61,657 nt of DNA, taken from assembly GCA_036172245.1 (NCBI GenBank), contig JAYWIR010000096.1:186001-247657 (forward strand). The letters run 5' to 3'. Shown piece after piece: positions 1 to 10,459 of the stretch. Below the pieces are notes generated by a model. That model was given only the letters and a program-made list of their open reading frames with translations, was not told the origin of the DNA and did no database searches. This DNA comes from Raillietiella orientalis. Its lineage: Eukaryota. The stretch's first letter is position 1. Each line of letters begins with the position of its first letter. The translations under genes were made by a program, and so were the position numbers.

Positions 1-83
1 CTCTAAGAAGGGCGAAAACGTACAGAAACGGAGCGAAACCGCTCCGCGCCACGAAAAAACCAAAACCTGCTGCGTCGTCGTTT
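1..83 (+). mobile_element. LINE ORF1 fragment (D-related subfamily), cut by insertion of F1; continues left of window
   Basis: Reads SKKGENVQKRSETAPRHEKTKTCCVVV, matching HKKGKNVTKRSETALRREKIKSCCVVVV in the ORF1 at 44058-44672(-). Confidence 0.75.
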
Positions 84-2149
84 ATGACCCGGTTGCGCCG
101 GGACGTTTATTAAAATATCAACTAAGAACTGTGTTCCCAGGCAAGAAGAACAGAAAATGGGGAGTAGATTTCCCAGAACGCAGTCCGGGCACACTGAGAG
201 TTCGCAACGGGAGGGGGTGAAACAATAAATAAATAAATTGGTTGGGAGGGAGGGGATAGGTGTATACTGTTTAACCGTTCCTATTCTCAGAACCGGCGGT
301 GAATGCCGCCGATATCCGTCCTCACTTCTGCTCCAAGATGTGGCCACCCAGCAGCCATTTGCAGGTTGCAGGCTGCGGTGTCGGGGACCGATGTTAGGAC
401 TGCTCGCCTCTGCAATACGTGACGGGCCCTGACAATGGCGCGGACGCAGCGGATGATTGCGACGACCGCTCCAAGAGAAAGTCCGCCACGCGTGTACAAG
501 CGGCGCATCCAATCCAGTGCGGTGTGTCCAGGGTGCAGGAGCGCTGAAGACAGCCGTTGCCACAGCTCCTGGAGGGCACCGCACTCAAACAGCATATGCG
601 GAAGCGATTCCACCGCTCCGCATTTGGCACAGTTCGGAGACGCAACTCCCCCGGGAATCAGGTGCGCCCGCTGGTTGCAGTACAAACCCCAATGCACCAG
701 CAGAAAAGCGTCCTGCTTCCACCAAAGGGGGAAAAGAGTCGCGTCCAAACACGCAGAAGGGACCACAAGTTCATCGGTCGGCACCCCGAGAAGCTCACTT
801 TACCGGAGAAGCCCCTTTGCAAGAATGCGAGGTGTGACAGCGTCTGCCACTTCGCAAGTCCGTTAGCCGCCCAGCAGTCGGGTTTCGCCTGCGATTTCGC
901 AAGTGATCTCCCACCTCGCCGGCAGGTCACTGTCATCTCGCACCATCAGTGCACACAGTGCTTCGGCGAGTGGCGTAGCGGCTAGGCGTGTCCACTGGTC
1001 CTGGTCTTCCAGCACCTCCCTTACTGGACAGTATGGGGAAAGTTCCACGCAACGGAGTTCCAAACGGGACACATCCTGTTGCGCTGCCCAGGACGATAAG
1101 GCTTCCTGCCTTTAGGCGTTGAAGTTCGCAACCGGCAGGAGATCCACTCATGCTTTCCCAGAAGCGTGGCGAGCTGCTTCAAAGGGAAGCCGAATCCTCT
1201 CTGGGCGCCCTCCGCGCGCAGATTCAACGAACGTAGTCCGTCGCCACCCGTGCTGCGCCGCAGCAGCAGCCGCGCTAAAGCACACCAGGGAGTAGTCCAG
1301 AGCTGCGCACAGAGTGCCAGCATGCGGAACTGCACTAGCAGTCCGATCCGCTCCAGCGTGAGGATGCCCAATCCTGCATCCCGCCGAGGAGCCGCCAAGT
1401 CCTTCAGGCGTATCCTTGACTTCGCCGGTCCCCAGAGGGCGTTACGCAACAGGCGTTGCGCCCGGCTCTTAGCCGAGTGGGGAGGCGGACAAACAAGAAA
1501 GAGGGGACGGAGGAGGCAGGCAACGAAAATGTTCCACACAAAGACCCGTTCCGACAAGAGAAACCTGCCGCCTTGGAACGAGCCCAGAGCAGTCTCGGCC
1601 TTATGAAGGCAGTCCGAGCACGATTCTGCTGGACAGAAGGCGCCCAACGGAACGCCGAGGTACTTCAAGCACCAGCCCGTGAGGATCCCCAGGCGGATCC
1701 AGTCGGACTGCCCCTCCCACGTAAAGCCAACCGGTGGAACGGTTGATTTCGTCCTGTTCACGCTCAGGTCCGCTCCCCGACGAATGAGCTCGAAGAAGTC
1801 CTCGAGCCTGGACGCCGGAGTGGACATGGGCAGCAGCAGGAGAAGGTCGTCAGCATAGGCGGCCACGGCCGATGTTCCCGGGCAGGAGCTCGGCAGGTTG
1901 GCCAGCGTCAGCCTGTACGCCCTCAGCACCAGCTGAAAGAAGATGCTAAAGAGCAGGGGGCTTAAGCCGTCTCCCTGCCTGATACCCCGCCGCATGGGAA
2001 CACCGTACACGTGACGCCCGCTGAAAGAGATACAGCATAACGCGTGGCGCCAACAGGAGCGCAAGTAGGCGATGAGGTGCGTCGGGAGCCCTAGGCGTCC
2101 CAGAAGCTCCAGAAGGAGTTCCTGGTTTACGCTGTCGAACGCCTTGTGC
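84..2149 (-). mobile_element. LINE F1: 3' half (RT, C-terminal zinc motif, 3' UTR and terminal hairpin), interrupted at the RT motif by D3
   Basis: HKAFDSVNQELL at ~2149-2110; RRGIRQGDGLSP, AYADDLL and KYLGVP in ORF 1021-2064; CAKCGAVESLPHMLFEC in ORF 287-784; AATAAACGTCCCGGCGCAACCGGG end at 86-111. Confidence 0.92.
287..2149 (-). pseudogene. F1 ORF2 (RT plus C-terminal CCHC), frameshifted and truncated
   Basis: Collinear ORF pieces 1021-2064 and 287-784 in different frames, with RT motifs QGD, YADD and YLG. Confidence 0.9.
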
Positions 2150-2354
2150 GCTCCAGGGTGGACGTGTTTTCTCGGTGCTCCTCGTGCCAGGAAGTCTCCC
2201 CAAGTGCAAGCGTCGTGTGGTTCGGTGGTCGATCAGGCTGCGATGCCTGACGCGACCACCAGGGATGGCCAGGGGGCAGCGGCAACGCCGCCCCCAGAGG
2301 CGATGGAGAGCCAGGGGGCGGCGGCAACGTCGCCCCCAGAGGCGATGGAGGTGG
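2150..2354 (+). mobile_element. LINE D3: 5' end and ORF1 start only
   Basis: Near-identical to the D1 5' end (reverse complement of ~23040-23244) and to D4; starts gctccagggtggacgtg; encodes MPDATTRDGQGAAATPPPEAMESQG. Confidence 0.93.
2269..2350 (+). repeat. Two-copy tandem repeat (~42-bp period) in D ORF1 N-terminus (QGAAAT[P/S]PPEAME)
   Basis: ccagggggc(a/g)gcggcaacg(c/t)cgcccccagaggcgatggag occurs twice; also present in D1 (~23045-23126) and D4 (~60631-60712). Confidence 0.9.
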
Positions 2355-2824
2355 ACGTTAAAGTCCCCCGCAATGAGATGGGCCACAGTAGGGTGAGATC
2401 GAAAGAGCCACTGCCCTTGAAGCGTACCGAAAAACTCAATACTTTCGGCCCATCGTCCAGCACCGCTCGGCGCGTACACGTTGGTTACGACAAGGTCGAT
2501 CGAGTCGGACCACTTGAGTACAAGCTGTCCCACTCGGCCTTCCGTGTCGAAACGAACGCTGCGCACCGCTTTCGCCAAAGTTCATCGCACGAGGAAAGCG
2601 ACGCCGCACGTACGTGCAACGCCGCACCTATAAAGTAACGTTCCGCCCGCGCGCCGTTAGATTTCTACAGCCTGCTCTCCGGAGATGCTGTGAATCTCCT
2701 GCAGGAGCGTCAAGTCGAAAGCGCGCAGAGCGTGAGCCACTAGTCGCCTCTTCTCCTCATGTTGGAGCCCGTTGACGTTCCAAGACGTTACGGCAACACG
2801 ACCAGAAGACGCGATTGCCCTCAT
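2355..2824 (-). pseudogene. BC1 ORF2 N-terminal APE endonuclease fragment
   Basis: TGATG stop/start at 2826-2822; VVTNVYAPSG and HLIAGDFNVH in ORF 1946-2578. Confidence 0.88.
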
Positions 2825-3540
2825 CACGGCTGGGAAAGCGAGGCCGTGGTGCTCGCCTCACCCGTCGAGCGGGCAGTAAGCAGCACGAAGGGCTGGAGGG
2901 CGCGGTCGCCACCGGTCTCAACTGTGCTGCACGTAATCGGGTGCTCCTCCCAAGGTGCAGAACCTGTGGGTTCCGGGGTGAGCACTCGCCGTTCCGCGGC
3001 GAGTGTGTCACGCCTCAGGGCTTCAGCCCTGCGGGCGCTCGCTCCCGCGCGAGTAACGCGTCGTTCAGCTGCGTACACGCACTCCTTTGCGGAGTCTGAT
3101 GCTCGCATGATCGACGTGCGCTTGCATCCGTCCGATTGCAACGGAATGGTCTTCTAGGCGGTCACAGAAGCGGACTTGCACGCGTTGAAGGCGCTGGCTT
3201 TTTCCTTGGAAGAGTCACAAGCCGCGCGAGTTCTTGTATTCCCGCGACTGCTTTCTCCTTTGGAAAGGCTCAGGGATGGAGGTTGCGGAGCTTTTTTTGG
3301 AGATTTTTCTTTCCTGCTCTCCACAACCTTCTATTCGCCTTCGCGATTTTCGGAGGCTTCCGCGACAGTAGTTGCGGAAACCTCCGGGATTTCCGCTGCG
3401 TTCTCTGGAGGTGTTGCTTTCGCTACGCCTTTAAAAGGCGGCAATGGAGTCACCTTCTTGACAGTCGGGAGATTGCTCCTCTCCTGCCGTGTCGGTGAAC
3501 TTGCTCCGCGGCTCAAAGTATTGTGCGATTGACAAAGTAA
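2824..3540 (-). pseudogene. BC1 ORF1 C-terminal part (after the A1 insertion)
   Basis: ORF pieces 3331-3516 and 2824-3141 match ORF 39014-39643; ends SLSQP-stop overlapping the ORF2 ATG. Confidence 0.82.
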
Positions 3541-3546
3541 TCAGTT
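3541..3546 (+). promoter_or_regulatory. Initiator-like TCAGTT at the 5' end of family A
   Basis: Conserved at the first bases of all three A copies (3541, 38926 minus, 50867); fits the TCA(G/T)T(C/T) Inr consensus. Function inferred. Confidence 0.45.
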
Positions 3547-3667
3547 AATTGTGCTCGTGTGTACCCGGAGAGGGGAAGTTTTCCAGACGAAACCAACAAT
3601 AAGAAGCGGGGAGGAGATCGCGGCAAAAGACCTGCAGTTGTCCCGTGCAGCAAGACCAGCTGCCAGG

Positions 3668-5427
3668 ATGCAGGCACCTAGAGGAGGAGTGGAGAGACCG
3701 TCGTCCCCCATGGAAGCCATGGAGGTAACGTGCGGCAACGGCGAGGCGGTGGCAGGCATGCCGAGGATCGCGCCCGCGGCGGGCTTTGCTGCGCCGGCGG
3801 CGGCGATGCCAAGGGTCGTACCCACGGCGGCGACGCCGAGGATCGTGCCCGCGGCGGGGAAGGTCGCGCCTGCGGCCGCGATGCAGAGGGTGCCGCCCGC
3901 GGCGGCAACGGTGGCGACGTCGAGGGTTGCGCTCGGAGCGGCGGCGTCCCAGTGTGGACCCGCGGGCATCCACGCGGTTCAGGGCGAGACGCCATCTTGT
4001 TCGGCTGCGGTGGCGCAGCCCTTTTCCTATGCGTCGGTGGCGGCTGGACAAGCGAGTGTCCACCCACCAAGAAAATTCGGGAAGCCGCTATGCGGTAAAG
4101 TCCAAATGGTGGATCGGCCGATCGTGGAGTTAGGGACGAATGTGAAGCCCATCATTTTCAAGATTGGACTGATCAAGTTCAGTAATATTAGGGAGGTGTA
4201 TCTGTCCCTTGATAAAACGGACATGAATTTTGATCGCATACAGGCGATCATACCAGCAAACAACGGGTTCACAGTCTTCACAGACTGTGAAAAGATAAGA
4301 GAGCGATTGATCCATAAGGGGATCAATATACAAAGGAGGATGGTTTGTGGTGTTGGCGAGATGCCATACACAACCGTGTTTCAGTACGGCATCTCCATCC
4401 TCACACCGCAACTAACGGTGTGGAACTTTTTGGAGCAGTATGGGGAAGTTCTGGACCTTGAACTCCAAAACTTCTCTGGAAAAATATTTTCTGGCGACAT
4501 GATCGCCAAAATGAAGTTAAAAGAGGGAGCTGTGATCCCTGGATTAGCCGTTCTTGACGAACAATCCCAGAGAGTGAACGTGCGTTACCGGCAACAGCCG
4601 ATATTCTGCACCGGGTGCAAGCAGTTCGGCCACAGGGCCGGCGCTTGCCCAACGTGTCGTTGTTTCCGCTGCGGCAAAGTAGGACATCAAGTCCGAAACT
4701 GCCGCAGCCGGAGGTGTGCTCCTTCTGCAAGAAACACGGACATGCGAAATCGAGCTGTCCGGAGTTTGCAAACTGCAGAAGGATTCGAGGTCTCTCTCCC
4801 GTGAGAGAGAGAAACACGAAGGGGGCGGAACAGCCTCAGAAGGCAGGAAGGCCGAAGAAGGTGAAAGAAGCAGTCCCGGTATCGAAAGACGGCTTCATAC
4901 ATGTAGGGAAGAAAGGAAACAGGAGGATGCTCGTCAAGGAGCAAGGAACCCCTCTCACCCTACAAGGTGAAGAGCAAGAAGGCGAGAAGATGGAGGTAGC
5001 GCAGGAAGGCGCGGAAGAAGAAATAGGCGAAGCCACTCCGGTGTCGCAGGAGGCCCTGCAATCTACGCAGGAGTTGGCATCACTGGCTAGTGTAGTCCTA
5101 GAGGTGCAGAGCGGTCCCCAGCAAGAGAAAATCTTGCAGAAGATCTGCAATGCACAGGAGAAGGTCAACCAGGTTGTGGAGGTCACCGAGCGCGAAAAGC
5201 TAGAGGAACAGCTTCTCGATGTAAAGGCGAACTTCTGCGCCAAGGTCCAGATAAAGACGCTATCTCGAAAACTGATCGAGCGGGCCGAACACTCGACGGA
5301 GGAGGCGGAAGTAACCGACCTCACCGGAACAGAGAGTGACGCCGGCAGCGAGAAGCCCGCTGCTTCTTCATTGTCTGGAAGAGCACGCTATCTCAGACAG
5401 AAGAAGCTCAGGAAGGCCAAGAAATAG
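3668..5427 (+). pseudogene. A1 ORF1, gag-like zinc-knuckle protein; 1-nt frameshift near 4702
   Basis: CTGCKQFGHRAGAC, CFRCGKVGHQVRNC and CSFCKKHGHAKSSC are split over ORFs 3551-4804 and 4615-5427; uninterrupted in A2 (36954-38801). Confidence 0.9.
3758..3950 (+). repeat. Ala/Pro-rich degenerate tandem repeat in A ORF1
   Basis: MPRIAPAAGFAAPAAAMPRVVPTAATPRIVPAAGKVAPAAAMQRVPPAAA; A2 and A3 carry one extra unit (TTAEVVPAA / TTVEVVPGA). Confidence 0.8.
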
Positions 5428-5440
5428 GTCTTCCCTTTTT

Positions 5441-8400
5441 ATGGCCTCTTCCCTATCGACCGCCAGGAGGCTGAACATCGCCTCCTGGAATGTAAACGGT
5501 ATGGTCGACCAGGGAAAAAGAAGAAGTATTGTGCGGACCATCGCACAACAAGACATAGTGTGCCTGCAGAAGACCCACAAGATGGGTCTCGAGATTAGTC
5601 AGCAAATGGAACGGCGATTCAACGGGCAGATTTTCGTCAGCGAGGGAGAACGGAACACGCAGGGTGTGGCGGTCCTAATCAAGGACAACTTGGCCCCCAC
5701 TATTCTGGAAGTGTTCTGTCCCCAACCCGGACGAATCATCGGCGTGCGACTCGCCTGGTCCGCTACTGTTCACCTCATCCTGGTGAACGTGTGCGGGCCG
5801 CACAGGCTAAAACATCGTTGTGCGGAGGCGCTGCATGCAGCACTCCGTGGAAAGGTTGCTTCAAAGGACGTCGTGATTGTTGCTGGCGATCTCAACATAT
5901 TGGATGAGATCACTCACTCCGAAGACGCCAGAGGAAGGACGCCGTATCGGCGATTATCCGACGAGTTCGGACTGGTGTGGCGAACTGCAAGTCACAAGCC
6001 GATCGATCACGTCCTGCACAGCACCGAACTTGGGAACCGCATCCAGGGGTTTCGCGACACTATGACTACGGTGTCCGATCACCCCCTGGTGCGGTTTTCC
6101 CTAAGAACGGAGAATCCTCGGCGGAGGCAAGGCACCAGGGCAGCGCTCATCAGCATGCCCGCCTGGTTCGAAACCCATCCCGGACATCAGGCTGTCCTGG
6201 AGGCGATTCTGAGGGCAACAACAATCCGAAGAGTCGCCGACTGGGACAGCCTGAAACACAGGATACACCTGTTTGCGAACATGCAGTTCGGGGATAGGCG
6301 CTTGAGGCAAGAGGCGTACCGGGAGCTGAACATCCAAGATCGCTCCCTCTCAAAGTACTTCGATCAGTACGAGAGTCGGTACGTCCTCAATAACATAATA
6401 GGGGAAGTCGGCGTGCTGGAGAAGAGAAATCTGGCAACAGCTATCTTCTGCATCCAGTACGACGGCCAAAAGCGACAGTCGTCTGAGGACATCGTGGATG
6501 CCTTTCACAGGCATTACACGAAACACTTCAGGCGACAACAGCTGTGTCGCTCTAGTCAACAGGCATTCTTGAGCTATCTCGAGAAGAGGACCGACGACCT
6601 CCAGCGGAACAGACTGGAGGAGGAGTTCTCCGAAGAAGAGGTGAAGACTGCGTTTGGGCAACTTCGCAAGGACGTGGCAGCGGGCCCTGACAGTGTACAC
6701 ATCACGCACTATCAGCGGTACCTGCACGCCTACCTGCGCTTGTTCCACCAGTTGACCCTCTGCATCCGGGAAGAAGGCAGACTACCTCAGTCCTTGTACG
6801 AGAGTCGGATGAGATTGCTGCCGAAACGAGGCGACTCTACCCAGATCGCCCAATGGAGGCCAATCTCGATCCTAAACTCCGATGCCAAGTGGTTGGCAAA
6901 GATCTGGTCCAACCGCTTAGGCAAGGTCATGTCGAGGCTGATCTCTCCGGTCCAGACATGTGCAGTCCCAGGACGACACATGTCGGACAATGTCAAATGT
7001 GCCCAGGCCACTGTTGGACTCAGTCGATACGTCGGCGAGAACCTGGTGCTGGTGTTCACTGACATGGAGAAGGCCTTCGACTCCATCGACCATGGGATGC
7101 TGCTGAAGGTTCTGGAGAAGCTAGGGCTTCCGAAACACTTCAGCAACTTCGTGAGGGCGGTACTCCAGAACCAGTACTGCCGGATCAAGATCAACGGCCA
7201 GGAGATGGCAGCAATCAGGATGGAACGAGGAGTCCGACAGGGCGACTCGCTGAGTCCGATGCTGTTCGTCATCTATATGGAGGCGTTGTCGTCCTTTATC
7301 GAGAAGAGCGGACGACTAAGCGGGATTACCATCGATAGCCAGCGTCTTACCCATCTGGCATACGCCGATGATCTACTCTTCTTCATCAAGGGAGAGAAAA
7401 ATCAGCGTGCCTTTCTGGATGTGGTGGACCAGATGGAACAGGGCTTGGGCTTAAAAATATATTCCCAGAAGAGCCAGCTTTTGCCCGACGGAATACTGGA
7501 TCTCTCCACTCTAACGGGTAGTGGATTCCGTACGGTCGACACGGCCAAGTACCTGGGAGTCTACATCGGCGACGGCTCTGCGTCGAAGCTGCTGTGGAAG
7601 GAAATCCTGGGGAAAACGGCCAAAGAAGCAGCCAAGTACACCCGAACGGACCTTGGGATGAAGCGAAAGGCCATCATATGGAACGGAGTACTCCTTCCGA
7701 AAGTGCTCTTCGGGGCGGCCTTCGCGAGGATGAACAAGGACACTACTAGGGAGTTCGACAAGCTGCAAAGAAAAACACTCTGGGGCCACTATCGCCCAAG
7801 AGTAAGACTGAAACCCCTGTGTCGTCCCAGGGAAGAAGGCGGTTCCGGGATAAAGTCGCTTGCACATTCCATGGAAATCATGGATACGCGACACATCCTG
7901 GACATTGCCACTTAGTGGGATGACTGGCCGTATGCGGCGCACGGGGCATACGCGTTGCTGCTTAACAACTCGGAAGGCCTGATGACTGCGCTGCTAGGCA
8001 AAGTAGGGGACTGGATAACAATCGACCCGACCTGGAGGAGGAAGCAACGGCTGGTGCGGAAGCACCAAATCAAGATCGTGCCGCGAAGCAGAAAACTCTG
8101 GCAGGACGAGTCCATCCTGGTGATCCCTTGGTTGCTTCCTGTCCCGCCGGACACGAGAAGCTGGATCTACCAGCGGTCCAGAGTTACCCTACTGCAAATC
8201 CAGGAGTGGAGGCGAGGAGGCTACCTACATCAAACACGTATACTTCGGTATACAGAGATGATGTTAGGAAGGTTTACCCACAGGACCCGCGAAGTGTGGT
8301 TCAACCACAACGACTTCGCATGGTCGAGGGTAACCAGAACAAACCTCCGAAGGCTTATCCAAGAAAACGAACGTGACACCACTGCCCTCCAGGAAGTCAC

Positions 8401-8959
8401 CGAACGCTACGGGAGTGAACGGTTCAACCTGTTAGCGATCGGCACGACGCTCTGGAGGAGTGACCTTCCGCCGGGCACCCAGGATGACCTCCTGATGTTT
8501 TATCACGGAGGAATCCAGAGTGGGTCCCGATTGCAGCACTTCACAGGAAGACGGGAAGACCGAGACTGCGCAGCATGTGGAGACGACGACAAGAGACTTC
8601 ACGTCTTGACGTTTCCCTCACTGCTGCATGTCTGGCTGATCCTGGAAAGGATCATAGGACTTACCAACAAGTCCGTTATGGAGATCCTCGCCGGGATGTT
8701 TCATGGGGATGGTAATGTTCCCTGTTACAATCCCATGGTGAGGACGACCATAGCCCTCTTCATCACCGCCATACTTGTGCGGTGGTGGAAAATGAGGAAA
8801 GCCAGGAGAGTCGCACCACCGATGGAGATCCTACAAGGGCACTTGAAGAGGGAAATCGGCATCAGGAACTGCGGGAAGATCCACTCCTGGACGTACCGAT
8901 TCATCCTGAAGAGGATCCGGGACGACGCCCGGGACCATCCAGCTGGAATTTCCCCCTGA
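5441..8959 (+). pseudogene. A1 ORF2, APE endonuclease-reverse transcriptase; one in-frame TAG at 7913-7915
   Basis: SWNVNG, AGDLN, IDHVL, SDH; WRPISILNSDAK, DMEKAFDSIDH, GVRQGDSLSP, AYADDL, KYLGV; ORFs 5336-7915 and 7955-8959 share a frame; the catalytic QE reads QK in this copy. Confidence 0.94.
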
Positions 8960-9062
8960 AAAGCAGAACACTAGTGCAACCCAAGGACCCCCAAGTGCAA
9001 AATGTTTGTATTGAGTGAATGAGAGTGCGAATGTAAATTTTGTATTTTTGTAGAAAAATAAA

Positions 9063-10339
9063 CTTACCCCACACCTTGTGGGACTTGGGGAAACCTTCCG
9101 ACTCGGCGATGAAGCGACTGCATGCAGCGTGCTTTTGCTCGTCGCGACGCTGCTTTTTACGGCTTTCGTAGCCTTTGCAGTGGGGCCTGCGCTGCAGTGG
9201 CGCTGTCCGGAACTCGGAAGGGACAACGAAACGGGGCAAGAAGTCTTCGCACTGTTGCGATCTTCCTGTTTTCCTACCATTCCCTCCAGGGTGTTACGGA
9301 GATTTCCTGGTTCCTGGCTCGGAGAGGTGCCTGCGAGCTCGGCAGAGAGGGAAGCCATGGCACGCGTCAAACCCTCGCGCCCCTTTTTAATTGTCTTCCC
9401 CGCCGTGACTTTCCCCTTTCGGGGCGTTGCGGGCGGGGATGCTTTCTTTTGATCCGCGGATCGCTCGTAGTTTTTTGCGAGTTTTTGCGGACGACGTTTT
9501 TTATTTGCTGCTGCGGCTTTTCGTGCAGTGGTCTCTTGAACCCGACGAATTTCCACTGCGGCTCTTTTTCTTGCAGGTACCGGGCACTTTTTGATTTCGT
9601 GCCCGGAATCTTTGCAATAGCGGCATCTTGGAGAGGGGCACTCTTTAATTCGGTGCCCCTCCTTGCCGCACTGCTCGCACGCACGAGTCTGGCCTATGAA
9701 CCACAGGTGAACGACCGTGCCGTTCAATTGCAGCTGCTCAGGCACAACACGCCTGTTCGCGACGGTGATCCGCGCGGAGGCTTGTCCAATGTGGACAGAG
9801 GGGAAATCCTTTAAAGGATTTGGCCTCCTACACAGTGCGTGCACGGTGGCGAACTTCGCCAGCACACTTGCGACATCGCGGTCGGAGATTTCCGGTTCGA
9901 TGTCGCACAATTGAACGACAAAAGAGTCGTCCATCGCGGTAGGTAGGACTTCCTTGCCATTGATGGTCAACGGCGTATGGAGAAGGCGCTGCACAAGTGC
10001 TGCGTTCTTGCACCGAATCTTCGTATATTCCATCCTGCCAGCAGGCATTATGGCAAGGAGTTCCTCCTCGCGAACGCCTATCCGGACGAGCTCATCATTG
10101 AGCTCACGACCGATTCTCCCGTTAAGTGGCCCACTGACCTTATAACGGAATGCAGGCATGTATCCTGATGACACATATGCCTGGAACTTCGCATCGCAGG
10201 TTCCTGGTCTTTGGGAGGTAACGGCGGCGTAACTCCTCACCGGAGGCAAGGAAACCATTACGGAGGATGCGGCCACTTCAAGTGCAGCTGAAGTGCACCC
10301 AGTGGCTTGCTCCTTCACACTATCCTGTGTACTAGCCAT
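9063..10339 (-). pseudogene. BC1 ORF1 N-terminal part (two CCHC knuckles), interrupted by A1
   Basis: CEQCGKEGHRIKEC and CRYCKDSGHEIKKC in ORF 8831-10339; the last ~75 codons of that ORF are read-through into antisense A1. Confidence 0.9.
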
Positions 10340-10459
10340 GTTGCACTATGCTACTTGGCAGGTTGCACAGGAACACACAAGTGCGAGCAAAAACGCAGGC
10401 ACAAAGTTGCCCGATCGTTGGCACGGATAGACGCGGAAACACGTCTGCACTGTACGAGC

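Larger units (their letters stand above)
3541..9062 (+). mobile_element. LINE A1, full length (~5.5 kb), near intact
   Basis: Starts TCAGTT and ends at AATAAA (9057-9062); ORF1 with three CCHC knuckles plus ORF2 APE-RT; same boundaries as A2 and A3. Confidence 0.93.
2355..10459 (-). mobile_element. LINE BC1 carrying antisense A1; 3' part deleted within the endonuclease
   Basis: ORF1 5' part 10339-9063 (two CCHC knuckles), ORF1 3' part 3540-2824, then ORF2 start (WNVNG, LLQEIH, NVYAP, AGDFN) from 2824 to 2355; collinear with BC2 and BC3. Confidence 0.88.

Noticed and set aside
7913..7915. Alternative genetic code (TAG read as sense), since the near-intact ORFs of A1 and D1 are each broken by a single TAG
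   Set aside because: The TAGs align to different residues in paralogues (His, Asp, Met), TAG is the conserved ORF1 stop in A1 and A3, and other copies have TGA/TAA stops and frameshifts typical of decay.
3490..9130. Similar motifs on both sides of A (STLHAVASSPSRK versus NTLSRGASSPTRQ) as a long TSD
   Set aside because: The nucleotide match is weak and offset from the junctions; it is better explained as an old internal repeat in BC ORF1.
8831..10339. Stand-alone 502-aa host zinc-knuckle gene
   Set aside because: It is the 5' half of BC ORF1; its tail is antisense A1 sequence and it rejoins in frame with 3540-2824.
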